Positions 1 to 12,628 of a DNA stretch of 64,000 nucleotides are shown here, piece by piece. Each line of letters starts with the position of its first letter. Position 1 is the stretch's first letter. Made by a program: the position numbers and the translations under genes. The notes beneath the pieces are model-generated. The model did no database searches, had not been told where the DNA came from, and saw only the letters and a list, made by a program, of their open reading frames with translations. Location of the stretch: the NCBI GenBank assembly GCA_950097015.1, contig CATNEN010000002.1, positions 4,774,001 to 4,838,000 of the forward strand, given 5' to 3'. The stretch is from Macrostomum hystrix (Eukaryota; Animalia; Platyhelminthes).

Positions 1-94
1 ATTTTACACCACTTCACACCTCTTCAGATGCAATGCCATGCCTACGGAGATCACGTTAGAAAACCTCTGGACTGATCCTGTTAAGGCCGCCACC

Positions 95-480
95 TTCCTG
101 AGACTACCGACGAGCGAGGTAGAGTGTGAGCGTCCCGAACTAGCCTAAAGGAAGGCTAAAAAATACAACACATTGCAAATCCGGGCTTCATCTCGCTGCT
201 TTTATATATTTTTTGTTAATTAAAAGTAAAGTACTTGTCTTCGTTTCTCGAACCCAGTTTCTGTTTAAGGCAGTGTTTTCACAGTGTACTCTTTGAGCAC
301 TCTTAAGTACTCGTACTCTGGTACTCTTTAAGGGCGTAGCAATAGAGTACTCTGGTATTCATTTAAAGTGCGTACTTTAAAGTGGGCGAGTACTTTTTAA
401 AGTGCAACGCATTTCAGTCTGTCATCATCAATCCTAATTTTGTACTATATAAAAGTGTCAATAATCGCTGGTACATTAGT
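95..480 (+). mobile_element. Possible degenerate hAT DNA-transposon remnant
   Basis: 95-133 translates FLRLPTSEVECER, resembling the hAT C-terminal dimerisation motif (xPxTSxxCER). 271-480 starts CAGTGTTTT and is dense in (A)GTACT motifs. No partner TIR found. Confidence 0.25.
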
Positions 481-2229
481 ACATTCTCGCAACGTAAAAT
501 TAGTAGATTTATTATATGCATTTTTAAGATACGTTGCTTAGGAAATAACAGATATGTTATCAGTCCCATTAATTATACCCTACGTACTGAAGTAACACAA
601 CATAATATATATGGTAACGTGGCTTGATGGCACTGCTAATGTGTGTGTCTGCCTATTCGTGTTGTTGCATTTACAAAACAAGTGCTGTTTGGATAAATCT
701 TTCCTTTAATTATGTTTTACGTTTTTTGACAGATGGGCATAGATAGATAGGTAGATAGATCTCATACTGTCTCTCTCACTCTCCGATTCTCCGCGCTCCC
801 TCCCGCTGTTTTAATTTTGTTTATTTTGTTCCCTAATAAAAACAAAATTCACCCTCTCCCTCCATATGTGGGTCCCACATTCGGCTGTCAGTCAGTCAAG
901 GAGATATTAGCGCTCATCAAGATTTTGATACAGGAGTCAATCATGCAGTAGTCTGCTCTATTAAAGTGCTTCAGTGAGTATCCTCAGTACAAAGGCCGCT
1001 AAGTTTTGGAATATTTATTAAGTTTTTTGTTCATTTTATTGGGTGACATGATCAGAAGTAAAAAATAATTTCGAAATATTGAGCAATTAATGCACTTCGA
1101 CCTGCTAAGGTGGCACACCTTCAATCTAGTTTTCTTTAGTTTATAAATTTCACCTGTCGCTCACCTAGAAAACTACTTATTGCTTTGTTTATCCTTGCGC
1201 CTCTTCTAGCTAAAAAAATATTGACGTTCCTCCACGCTTTGATTTGTGATTCATAATAAATTTTGAATTGTTTTTTTTTCAGAATTTTAGCACTTTTTAT
1301 GTTCGTTATTAGCTATTACTAAACCTGAAGCTAATTACTACTTTCCTACTACTACTTAACAGTGCACATAGTACTACTATCAGTAGAATTGTCTTAAAAA
1401 TAATCATTTCTTTTCTAGGTTTGAGTTTAGTTTTTTATTAAGCAATTGTTGAAACTAAACATTCCATTTTGTTCGTCCTATTTGTTTTATCTAGTGTTTT
1501 TCAGTCGATTCGATTTGCTTAATTAAGGGTTTTTTGGTTTTTTTTAAATGCTTTGGTGTCCACCCTGTGTGCGTAGGCTCGTGCCAACTTCTTATTAAGT
1601 AACACAATATTTAAATCTAGTTATTATCATAACTGCTCTACTCGTAATGATGTTAATTTAGTCTATTTGTTTTTTCTGTATTCGATATCAGTAAAGAAAG
1701 ATAGCCAAAGATTGTTATTGAAGCAAAAAGTATTTATTTGTTTAAACTGACCCACCAGCTAGCGCACATGTTAAAAAATTCTTTTTTGGCACATTTTAGA
1801 TTAAAATTTTATTTAACAAACAATATCTGATAAGACGCAAGATTTTCCAACATAATGTAATATAATTTGACATGTTTTTTTACACTTTATTTTACCTACT
1901 GACACAAAAGCACGAATATTGATTTTAACAATTTTTATTTTAACAATAAAAGTTAGCATACATTTTTAATTTAACGGGACTATTGTACTTTATTTATAAA
2001 ATTTTATATACTTCTAACTACTTCATACATATGTTATAAAACTTAGTTTATTGTCAATTAGACTCACTGTGTCTACTACTTTTTATGTTTTGAATATAAT
2101 ATATGTGTTATTATTTCACTAAGCTTTAATTTTATTAGGACACCGACATAATTTGCCAATTACTATTTCTCTGCTTTGATTGCTTTCGTTATAATCTTGA
2201 ACTGATCTTGTGCCAATTTTTTTCGGCTT

Positions 2230-3095
2230 CTGGTCTTTTAGGTCCTCGTTTTCTCCTACATTTGGTCCTCTTTTTCTTCTACAACTGGTCCTCGTTTTCT
2301 CCTGCACTGGTCCTGGTCGAGGACCTGGTCCTCGTTCCTCCTACATTTATTCCTCGTTTTCTCCTACAATACCTGGTCCTCGTTTTCTTCTACAACAGGT
2401 CCTCGTTTTCTCATACAACTGGTCCTCTTTTTCTCCTACAATATCTGGTCCTCGTTTTCTCTTACAATATCTGGTCCTCGTTTTCTCCTACACCTGGTCC
2501 TAGTTTTCTCCTACAATACCTGGTCCTTGTTTTCTTCTACAACTGGTCCTAGTTTTCTCCTACATTTGGTCCTCTTTTTCTTCTACAACTGGTCCTCGTT
2601 TTCTCCTGCACTGGTCCTGGTCGAGGACCTGGTCCTCGTTTCTCCTACCTTTATTCCTCGTTTTCTCCTACAACTGGTCCTCGTTTTCTCCTACATTTGG
2701 TCCTAGTTTTCTTCTACAACTGGTCCTCGCTTTATCCTTCTCATCGTCCTCATTTTCTTCTAAATGTGGTCCTCGTTTTATCCGTCTCCTGGTCCTCGTT
2801 TTCTTCAAATTTGGTCCTTGTTTTATCCGACTCTTGGTCCTTGTTTTCTTCATATTTGGTCCTCGTTTTCTCCTACACCTGGTCATCGTTTTCTCCACAT
2901 TTGATCCTTGTTTTATCCTACCTTTGGTCCTTGTTTTATCCTACATTTTGTCCTTGTTTATCTGACTCCTGGTCCTCGATTTTATTGTACACCACCCGGT
3001 CCTCGTTTTTTTCTGACTCCTGGTCCTCGTTTTCTTTGACTTCTTGACCTTCAGTTTGGTCCTCGGTCCTCATTTTCTCCGACTCCTGGTCCTTC
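2230..3095. repeat. Degenerate ~21-bp pyrimidine-rich minisatellite (ctggtcctcgttttctcctaca-like)
   Basis: Tandem copies of tggtcctcgttttct(c/t)ctaca; the ORFs called here are repeat translations. Confidence 0.9.
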
Positions 3096-3163
3096 ACTTC
3101 TATAATATCTGGTTTCAGACGATTACGGGCGTATTGAACGCGCTTCTATCGTTTTAATTTCAG

Positions 3164-3567
3164 GCCGAAGAACAAGAAATTAACCTGCGCTGCCTGCTGC
3201 TCTCCTCCAAGGAGGGTGTACCGCTTGGCGAAATCACCAGGGACTATCGTGTCCTAGCATCCAAACAGTTGGATCTGAATGGCAAATCTAGTCTGGTTGA
3301 GTATCTGTCATCCCTTCCTCATGTTGTCAGGTTGAGACCAGATCCATCAGCTAGCGGCGGCTACACCTGCTTCGGCATTGTGACAGAATCTGCCAGAGGA
3401 ATTGTCGATTTAATTAGTCGCCAAAAATCTAAAAGCAAGAAAAGACGCAGCAGACGCAAATTGATAAGTTCGAATCCTTCAATTAGTCGTCAGGTGGCAA
3501 ATTGCTCGAAATCTAAGCCGCCTTCGCTGCCACCTCCGGCTTCCCGACAATCTTTGACACACGTGCC
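3164..3567 (+). CDS. Exon encoding an extended LOTUS (OST-HTH) domain, TDRD5/TDRD7-like
   Basis: Acceptor ttttaatttcag (AG 3162-3163), donor gtgagt at 3568. Translation AEEQEINLRCLLLSSKEGVPLGEITRDYRVLASKQLDLNGKSSLVEYLSSLPHVVRL...TESARGIVDLISRQKSKSKKRR fits the LOTUS pattern (LRxLLxSxKxG, Y, YLxSxPxVVR) plus the eLOTUS C-terminal helix (IxxLxxRQK). Confidence 0.8.
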
Positions 3568-3629
3568 GTGAGTTTTACTGAATTTCTTAACAGGTCATTA
3601 ACGTAGAATAGTTTTCTACGCTTCTTTAG

Positions 3630-4196
3630 ACTAGCTTCCTTCGATTCCTTAGATCAGCTTCCTTCGATTCCTGAGATCAGCTTCCTTCGATTCCTTAGAT
3701 TAGCTTCCTTCGATTCCTGAGATCAGCTTCCTTCGATTCCTTAGATTAGCTTCCTTCGATTCCTGAGATCAGCTTCCTTCGATTCCTTAGATCAGCTTCC
3801 TTCGATTCCTTAGATTAGCTTCCTTCGATTCCTTAGATTAGCTTGCTTCGATTCTTCAGACTGGCTTCCTTCGATTTTTTAGATTACCTTCCTTTGATTC
3901 CTTAGATTAGCGCCTTCGATTCCTTAGATTGGCTTCCTTCGATTCCTTAGATTAGCTTCCTTCGATTTCTTAGATTAGCTTCCTTCGATTCCTTAGATTT
4001 GCTTCCTTCGATTCCTTAAATTATCGCCCTCGATTCCTTAGATTAGCTTCCTTCGATTCCTTAAATTATCGCCCTCGATTCCTTAGATTAGCTTCCTTCG
4101 ATTTATTAGATTAGCTTCCTTCGATTCCTTAGATTTACCTTCCTTCGATTCCTTAGATTAGCGCCCTCGATTCCTTAGATTAGATTCCTTCGATTC
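3630..4196. repeat. 23-bp minisatellite (tagattagcttccttcgattcct), resumes at 9232-9262 after a LINE insertion
   Basis: About 24 tandem units visible directly; the same unit reappears right of the LINE. Confidence 0.95.
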
Positions 4197-4315
4197 CATG
4201 ACTTACTTGACTTAGCGGCAGGGGGCCTCCATGACGGACGCAGCGAGGAGGCGGCTGGTGCCGCCCATATCGCTAACCCCTGGCAGCCAGACGGCCTCCA
4301 GCGAGGCGGTGCCGC

Positions 4316-7300
4316 TCAGGGTGGTCCGTCGGTCGGTTCCGCCGCGCGATCTTCCTCGCCATAGGCTGGGAAGAAATCAGCTCGGCCGGTATCCCGGAGG
4401 AAGTGGGCGAGCTGTGGGATATTCTCGGGCGAGCAGGCTTCGGCAAGAGTCGGTGCCGGCCCGAGGTGCTTTAGCCTAGCCCGGGTGAAAGCCGGGCAGT
4501 GGCAGATGAAATGCTCGGCGTTTTCACGGCCGGAGCAGCAGAAGGGACACGTTTCCTCAGGCACGTGGCCTTGGAGGTAGCGGTGTCTGGTGAAGCAGCC
4601 ATGTCTCGAAAGGGCCATGGTGACTGCTCTCAGGTCTCTGCGGTTTAGCCTGAGTAAGGCCTTACGCAGGTTTCTAGAGGGGGTTGGCACCGCAGCCCTG
4701 GACTGGCGACAGTTCAGGGTGCTAGACCACCTCCTCCGGTGCTGGGTCTCCATCCAGTGGTTGATGCTGGAGTTGACAACGGAGATGGGGATCGGGGATT
4801 CCGGGCCCGGGCCCATCAGGGAGCTGGCTGCTCCAGCCTTTGCAAGCTGGTCCGCCATCTCATTCCCTGTGAGCCCGGCGTGCCCAGGGATCCACATCAG
4901 CTCCACCTTGTTAGACTGCGCCAAACCGTTTAACTGGGTGTTGCAGTCCAAGGTGGTTCTGGAGCGAGAGGTGCAGCGACTGAGGGCCTTGAGGGCTGCT
5001 TGACTGTCGGAGTGAAAGAAGATCCTCCGACCAGCCAGCTGCCTCTGGCGCAGCTCAGCCGCACAGAAACTGATGGCGAGCATTTCGTTTTGGAAAACGC
5101 TAGAGCTCTTGCCACAGTATTGGGAGTGGGTCCAGAGGACCTCGCCACCCGAGGCGACGCACACCCCGAATCCCGATTTACCGTTCATCAGGGAGCCGTC
5201 AGTGTAACAATGGACTGCGGGGTCATCCCAGCAGTCCTTTACCTCATTGCGAGGGAAGATGCTGACTTTGTACCTGTGGCTCCGGAGTAAAGTAGCCGGG
5301 GCCCCGTCCGAAAGGACGGTGAGCCCTCCGCACTCGCCCAGAGTTTTCAGGCAGAGGTCAGAGTGGGGCAGAAGGGAGCGCTTCGAGAAGGCTCGCGAAT
5401 TCTGGAAGGATACACCCGCATCAAGAAGACGACGGGTGGACTTTGCTGCTTCCCCCTTGACGAAAATGTCAATGGGTGTAGCGTTGAGGAAAGCATTCAT
5501 GCCTTCGAAGGGAGTGGAGGGTGGGGCGCCCAGCGTCATACGACAGGCTCTGCCCTGCACCCTATATAGCGCCTCCAGGTTTTTCTGGATGCTCATGGCA
5601 CTGGCCCAGATGAGGCCAGCGTAAGCGACTGACGGTCTAATGATCGCCGTGTAAATCCACCAAAGGTTTTTGGGGGTTAGCCCCCAAGTGGTGCCCACGG
5701 CTCGCCTGACTTGCGCCAGAATGGCCAGGGCCCTCTTGGCCTTTGTGGTGATGTGCGGGGTCCAGTTAAGCCTATGGTCTAGCAGGAGACCAAGGCACCG
5801 GACCTGCTTTTCCATGGCAATATTCTTGCCATAGAGAGTCAGAGGCTCAATGGTCCAGCGCAGTCTGCTGGTAAACATAACCGCAACGGTCTTGGACTCA
5901 GAGAGTCGGAGCCCGCATTGGTCCGCCCAGCGCACCGCCCTGTTGATAAAGCCCTGAATGAGGTCCCTGGTGGTTTCCGCCGAGGGGCCCGCGCAGATGG
6001 CGGTCACATCGTCTGCATATCCCACCTTCAGGACTGGGTCAGGCCGAGTGCTTTTTAGCAGCTCATCCATGACGAGATTCCACAGCAGTGGGGTGAGGAC
6101 GCCGCCTTGGGGCCCTCCTTTTAGGACAGGTGCCGAGAGCACCCTGCCTTCGAGGTGGGCCACCACGTGGCGATTCCGGATCATGTACATGACCCAGCGG
6201 ACGAGGTGGGGGTGAGTGGCCCTGGAAACCAGGGCCTTCTCAAAGGCTTCGAAAATAACGCTATCGAAGGCCCCCTCAATATCAAGGAAAACAGCCAGGG
6301 CAAAACCGCTGCCCAGCACTGCCTTCTCGAGAGTCTCCACAATGCAGTGGAGGGCGCTCTCCGTGGACCGGCCCGCCCGAAAGGCGTGCTGGTTTGGTGA
6401 GAGCGGGGCCCGCCCTAGCTCTACAGTAAGAAGGCGCCAGAGCACCAGTCTTTCCATGAGCTTGAGGCAGGTGGAAGTCAAACTTATCGGGCGATAAGAC
6501 TTGACCGAGCGATAGTCGCCTTTGGCGGGCTTCGGGATGAAGACGACCCGGGCTTCATGCCACCGCGCTGGTACGTAGCCCAACACGATGCAGGCCCGTA
6601 GAAGTCTGCAGAGGAGATGAAGGAAGCGGCCATTTTTACCGCTTCATGCAGAAGGCCGGATATATACCATCTGGCCTAGGTGCTTTAAAAGGATTGAATG
6701 ACTTAGCCGCGCGAACGATGCGGTCATTTGTAACGAGTGACTGAGCCAGGCCCTGACCTCCACGCGAGTGGTCGTCTGGGCCGAAGTGCGCCGGTACACT
6801 CGGGAAGAAGTGCCCTAGCATAAGCTCGAGCGTTTCCTCCGGGCGCTCCGTGATCAAGCCGTCCGGCTTTTTGATCGAAGATAGCTTGGAGAAGCGGTCG
6901 TTGGTGAGCGCCTTTACCACGCGGGCCGTGGGCCGCGAGCCCTCAAGCCCTTCGCAGTATTGTCGCCACTTGTCCGCTTTTGCCCTTCTGACCCGGCCCT
7001 TAAACTCATGGATGGCGCGAGTATAGGCCTCTTTGTCATCAGGGTCGTGCGAGGTTTTCAGCTTCCTCTGGAGAGCCTTAGCTCGGCGTCTTAGGACTCC
7101 GAGCTCGGGGTTCCACCAGGGGGCCGATTTTTTGCCTTTGTAGGCTTTGAGCGGGCAAGCCATTTCGTAGGCATCTGTGATGGCGCCGCCCAGCAGGGCA
7201 GCCACTCCATCCAGGTCCTGCGTGGTTTCCATGGCCATGGAGGGGTCAGAATCCCGAAGGCCCTCATGCAGCTTTTGGCTGAACGCGGGCCAGTCGGTGT

Positions 7301-8018
7301 TTCTGACATTACGCCTCCAAATAGGCTTTTGCTTCTTATCGGGGGTGCCGATGTTGAAGCGGATGAAACGGTGGTCCGAGAGCGAGCTTTCGGTCTCCCA
7401 CACCTCCCACCCCAGCACCCTTGGGAGGATGCCGGGTGAGGCCAGGGTGACGTCAAGCACCTCAGCCCACCGCCCATTGTCGAAAGTGGGCGTGTTGCCC
7501 ACATTGCAGAAGTTAAGAGGCGTGCCGCTGACGAAGGCCAGGAGCTCTTCGCCGCGGTCATTGATTTTTGAGCTACCCCAGTGGGTGTGATGCGAGTTAA
7601 CATCTCCCGCGAGGAGCAGCTCGAAGTTTCGTGCCCTGGCGAATTCACAGAGGGCGACGAGGGTATCGCCGACCACGGGGGCGTCGCCTGCCAGGTAGGC
7701 GGATGCCACGAGGGTCAACTTGTTAGGCACAATGTGTGCAGATTGGATGACGCAGATGTCCCCGTTAGAGAGATCGGGTCTCATCCACGCATTTAAGGCT
7801 TTTGCGGCATAGATCAGTGATCTAGGGCGGACAGAGTCTGCCATGCAGAAGCAGTCATAGCCAGCAGGAGTGTTGCTTGGCTTGTTCTTTGATAACCAGG
7901 GCTCCTGCACAAGTACAAGGCCCGGCATCATGCGCTCTGTCGTGCGCATCAGATTGACTGATGCTGCCACGCAGTGCTGGGTGTTAACTTGCAGACATGA
8001 AATTCCGGGGATCATCAT
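4316..8018 (-). pseudogene. ORF2 of the LOA-like LINE (APE endonuclease, RT, RNase H, C-terminal CCHC), frameshifted near 6590-6650
   Basis: APE motifs LVQEPW, GDVNSHH, SDHRFI; RT motifs YRPISLTS, PQGG, GYADD; RNase H CYTDGS...WIPGHAGLTGNEMAD; CPFC...HFICHC. The frame changes between PDGIYPA and RFLHLLCRLLRACIVLGYVP. Confidence 0.9.
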
Positions 8019-8030
8019 GTAGGCAGAGGT

Positions 8031-9231
8031 CTACTTGGAGGGGGACCCAGCCAGAAGGCGGTCCTCCTCCTCCGGGTCGATGTCGGTAGCCATGGGCTCC
8101 TCCGTGCCCAGGCCCCGAGCCGGAGACGGGAACTCGACGGGGTCAGCCGCCCAGTCCCCACCCCCGGCCCCGAGCCCAGGCCCAGAGTCGCCCTCAACTG
8201 GAGCCGACACCGCTCCCTGGGCCGTGGGAGGGGCGCTCGAAGGGCCCTGCTCGATGGAGCTGGGCACCTCTGAGGCCTCCCCCGTAGCCCTTGGTTGCGG
8301 CGCCTGCCCCGGTGGGCCACCGCGCATCTCAGCGCGCAGCTGGGCCATCTTGGCGGTTCGCACCACCTCGGAGGCCCGCTGGAGAAGGCCCCGGCGCTTT
8401 GTGACACGCGCGGGGCGACGCTCAGAGCTGCCAGCGATGGCACGCTCTGGCCTTTTTTGGCGGGACGACTGGGCCCTGCCCCCAGTCCCAGCCTTGGGGT
8501 CCGAGGACCCTTCATTGGCCGACACAGTGGTGGGCCCGGTCTGACCCCGGGTTTTGTCGGCATCGTAGGCGAAGATTTTGGTCTTCCACAGACCGATGCA
8601 GACGTTTGCGCCATCTGGGTAACGGCGTGTCCATTGGTCGGACAGGCCCAGAATGGCGGTGAAGCCGGTGCCGTCGGGGCGCAGGATCGTGCGGTGCACG
8701 ATTAGGCCCGCTGTCGGAAGCTCCCGGTTCATCGAGATGGGGCCCATGCGGAGGTCCTCAGCGCTAGTGACGACGCTTTTCGCCGGGACGAAAATGCGAT
8801 GTCTTTTGGTCTGCGGTGGCTCGTTCTCCCGGAGGAAGGCGAGGTCGGCCGCCCAGCTCTGCGTGGGCAACAGCTCTAGGAGCCGCCGCCCTGACTCCGC
8901 ATCTCCGGGCCAGACAACAAAACACGAGTCCCTGGTAGCATTCGCACCGACCGCCAAGGGCTCGCCTTTCAGTTGTAGTTGCCACAGCATAGCGTCTATG
9001 CTGCGGCAGATGTCGCTGAGCCGCTCGCCGCTCAGCCGTTTGCCATCCTTGCCGGTAACCACGATGGCAGGTTGCCTGCGTGCGATGTTGGCATAGGTGG
9101 CCCGTGGTCCCGGGCCCTTTCCTGCGGCGTCCCCACTCTCGGGATTTGCGTCGGCGGTGGGCACGGGGCCCTCCGCCTCCGCTCCTCCTTCGAGCCGAGC
9201 CGCCGGCCGGATGGGCGCTGGGACCTCCCCT
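8031..9231 (-). CDS. ORF1 (gag-like, 5'-truncated) of the LOA-like LINE
   Basis: Long open frame ending 13 nt before the ORF2 ATG; contains a TYANIA motif typical of LINE ORF1; no zinc knuckle seen. Confidence 0.7.
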
Positions 9232-9326
9232 TCGATTCCTTAGATTAGATTCCTTCGATTCTTCAGGCTTTCTACCTTCGACTCTTCAGTCTGGTTGCCT
9301 TGAACATCCCAATCGTTTTAATTTAG

Positions 9327-9384
9327 CCGTTTCGTTGCACTGACTCTGAGCCATACACTGCTAAAGTCGATAAACGTGATTTAG
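9327..9384 (+). CDS. Candidate short terminal exon of the LOTUS gene
   Basis: Acceptor atcgttttaatttag closely resembles the LOTUS exon acceptor. The phase-2 join gives P-RFVALTLSHTLLKSINVI-stop. No homology support. Confidence 0.25.
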
Positions 9385-9933
9385 GCTATTTTTATGCATT
9401 TTTCATGATACAAATGTACAAAAAATAAGAAACGACGACATGCTAGGAAAATCAGACTTTTTAGGCAAGGTACACAACTAAATTGCGCACAAAATGTATA
9501 TCTTGAAATTTCGTCTTAGTTTATTGAAGTCGCTGCCGGTACAGAAATGTACTTTAACGACGGTACGGGGGGCTTGCATATCGAACATAGTTTTTAGCCT
9601 GTAACTTTTGAGCGGATTACCTGCGCGATCCCGATGGAAAGCTACAAGTGATTATTGATCTTGCCGCCCTGCTCCTTAAAGCCTATTTATTTTGCTTTAA
9701 ATCATACAAACTGATTCACGCACCAACTAAATTGTACTAGTTCCTTTCTTGCGTTCCCAAAAGTTCGCACTGCTAGACGTTATTTCTTATCAGTCGTCCT
9801 ACTTGGTGTTACTGACATTAAAAAAGCGATAAATAATTACAACTTCATTGTATCTGATTTGCAATCTGTTTATTCTGGTCCGTTCATTCTTTGACTTCGT
9901 CGACAAAAACTTTTTGGCGAGGCCCTGCTTTTG

Positions 9934-9980
9934 ATGGATCTTAGTTTAGATGAAATTATTAAATCGAGAGGACATGCCAA
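9934..9980 (+). CDS. POLDIP3: POLDIP3/SKAR-like gene, coding exon 1 (N-terminal UAP56-binding-type motif)
   Basis: ATG...MDLSLDEIIKSRGHA followed by donor gtaagc at 9981; matches the MDxSLD(D/E)II motif of the ALYREF/POLDIP3 family. Confidence 0.78.
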
Positions 9981-11329
9981 GTAAGCATTTTATAATTTGT
10001 ACTCACTGCTCGCTGCTCTTTTATACATTTTTCTTCACTGAAACTTTCTCCAACTTGTTAATCTAGCTCATTAGCTTAGCTTTGTCTATGTATATTGAGG
10101 AATTGTCAGTTAAAATTTTTTTTTTCAGTGACTCTAGATAGGCCTAATCTAGAAAACTAAGCGAAAATTTTGGGCAATAATCATGATTTTTTGTTGTATG
10201 GTTAATTGTTCAGTTGAATTCAGTATTAATTTAGTTTAATAGTATATTAATTAGTGTCGTAGGCCCTCTGTTCCTCTTTTGGTTTATACCACCAATACTA
10301 TTTTATTAATATTAAAATTGCTTATTTCACACCTTGAATTAACCTTTGAAATAACTCTTAGATTCCTTTGTCAATGACTTAATTATACTTCATAGGCTGG
10401 CTATGCACCCTTTTATTTCATATGCATATATTATTATATTGCTTATATTGGCCAAATAGGCTGCTTTCTTTCCAAAATTTGGTAGCGTTCGCACGAGTGT
10501 CCGAGCGGCAAGACACTTCTTCCTCTCCTTACTTACTCATAAACTATCTGGCTTTCTGGTTTGTTCCCAGTCTTTCAAGGCTTCCAAATGGACTGAAGTT
10601 GCCCAACTTTGCACACAGTGCTAGTCCACCAATTCGGGATTTACCCTCTGCTCCTTAGTTATTACACTCTACTGCTTTTTATAACTATTTCCTTCTTTAT
10701 TCTTTTTCTTTATTATTATTTTTACACAATTCTTTCTTTGTGTATTATCAAAGACCTGCTTTTCTCCTTCTCTCCGAAATTATTGAACTCAAACACTTTG
10801 AGAGTTATTCTCCTTTGTTTCAACTCAGAACTGGGCTCGGGACACCGGTTGGAGCTTTTGGGCTAGATTGAGGTTATATTTATAGCGATATTTGAGGCGG
10901 GTAGTAAAACACATTAAAACAAAATAGAAAATTGGGGAAAAGCATTTGGCGGGAATTCAAGTTACAAATCTACGATAAAATTAGGGCCTGCCTCATTAGC
11001 TATTATTTTACTCCTTTGTTTTGGATTGGCCTAGGCCTAAAAATCATCTTTTAAAAAGTAGTGGCAACAAACTCACCATTTAAAACCTTGAAGGATGACC
11101 AAAATTGTACTCGTAGTGGTTTCAAATAAGTGGAAGTCAAAAGTTAGCAATTTTTTTAAGGGTTGTATGTTGTTTTGCTTGTAAATTTTTTGAGCAATGT
11201 AAATTATTGCTTGTAAATTAAAGACTGTGGTTTACATTTAAAATCATTGGAACCTACTTTTATTATTGAATCAGAATGGAATGGTTGTAGAGCAAATAAA
11301 AAAAGTTGAAACTTGAAGTATGGCTATAG

Positions 11330-11690
11330 GAAATGGCATATCATTCTGTGACACTAGACCCACAGCTAGCAACAGTAAGGAGCCAATTCGGCCCATTTTG
11401 TCAACTCTGAGCATGTTAGTCAAGCATACACATACACATACTCAAGCATGAGCATTCACTACTATCTGCAGCCACATACATAGTCACATAGGGGTGTGTA
11501 TAACTGTTCTGAATTTCTCATTGTTAGGCAGTGCAACTTCATTGTGCCTTGGAGGTTAGCCCTCAAAGGCCTAATTTGTGACAAACTTTTCTCTATAACT
11601 GTACCCCAAATGAACATGGCCTTGCCACAGAATCAAGCTCAGGGACCTTAGTGCTAGAAGCGAACACATTAACCAATCTGCCACTCACCC
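11330..11690 (-). mobile_element. Degenerate copy of a tRNA-derived SINE
   Basis: Shares gtgacactagaccc..., ...aggcagtg...cactgtgccttggaggttagccctcaa and the head region with the other copies. Confidence 0.7.
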
Positions 11691-12628
11691 CCTGATTGTA
11701 ACCAAAGTTGGTTATAGAAAAGATAACATGTTGAAGGTTGATGTTTAAGGTTTATAGCCAACTTAAGTTAATTAGGCCTATGGCTTTTAATTTCACATAG
11801 TATTTTTCTGTAGACTCCTAAATAAAAGAAAAATCACCAAATTTTACCCTTACTATATTTTTATTTTTCCACATTACCTCACCTTTGTTTATAATCACTT
11901 TCATGCATATACAGTGATATACTCCAATGAAATTATTGTAAGCCAAAGCTAGTAATATTTGTTGTTAAAACGAATTCCCCGAAGTACTGGGAGCGGGTCA
12001 GTTCCGAGGAACTCTGCCGCTATATTTTTTAATATATTTAATCGAAATTCATTTAAAATATACAAGCAATTCGATATAGATATTTTATACGAATATTGAA
12101 AATAAAAATAAAACAATAAAACAAAAATTCAATATTTGGGCACGCATTGGAAGATAAAAGGGGAGAAATATACAAAGGGAATCCCGCACAAAGAAGGGAT
12201 GTAATAAAAAAAGGAAATCTAAAAAGCATGCATGCAAGATATTTGTGAGCGCAATTAAAAGCAATTAGAATATTTGTTAGCAAAAATAGAAAATAAAAGT
12301 AGTAAATTAAAACATGAAATGCGAATTAAAAACATTTCTGGGCAATGCGGTACATATTACGTATAAAAATAGGCAAAAGTAAAAAGAAAGGATTTATTTG
12401 GGAATTAAAAACTCTGGTGTGTAAAGAGCTAGCAGTTTATGAGCAAATAGCAACATAACAAAAGCAAAAAGTACTTTTTAGGCAATAAAATCACGTTAAT
12501 CAGTTTGAAAAAACGTAAAGAATATAATATCATAGCAGCTGAGCACTGCTCACCAGCCCTCTTGAGCTCAGGCAGCTATTTGAGTTTCATTTTGGCTTTC
12601 TTTCAGGGCCATAGGTGTCAGAGACTGC

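Larger units (their letters stand above)
4197..9231 (-). mobile_element. 5'-truncated non-LTR retrotransposon, LOA/Lian-like (APE-RT-RNase H), with ~30-bp TSD
   Basis: tcgattccttagattagattccttcgattc flanks both sides (4167-4196, 9232-9261). The 3' end has short AAGT(C) repeats. ORF1 is open up to the 5' junction with no ATG there. Confidence 0.88.

Noticed and set aside
6586-6650. Programmed frameshift in LOA-like ORF2
   Set aside because: It falls inside the RT N-terminal region next to other degenerate changes (APRPDG for APGPDG) and has no slippery site; mutation or sequence error is more likely.
4231-9343. Numerous + strand ORFs over the LOA-like element
   Set aside because: These are GC-rich antisense shadows of ORF1/ORF2 with no recognisable motifs.
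10480-10870. Possible antisense exons nested in POLDIP3-like intron 1
   Set aside because: Splice-like signals exist, but no frame stays open between them and no motif is recognisable.
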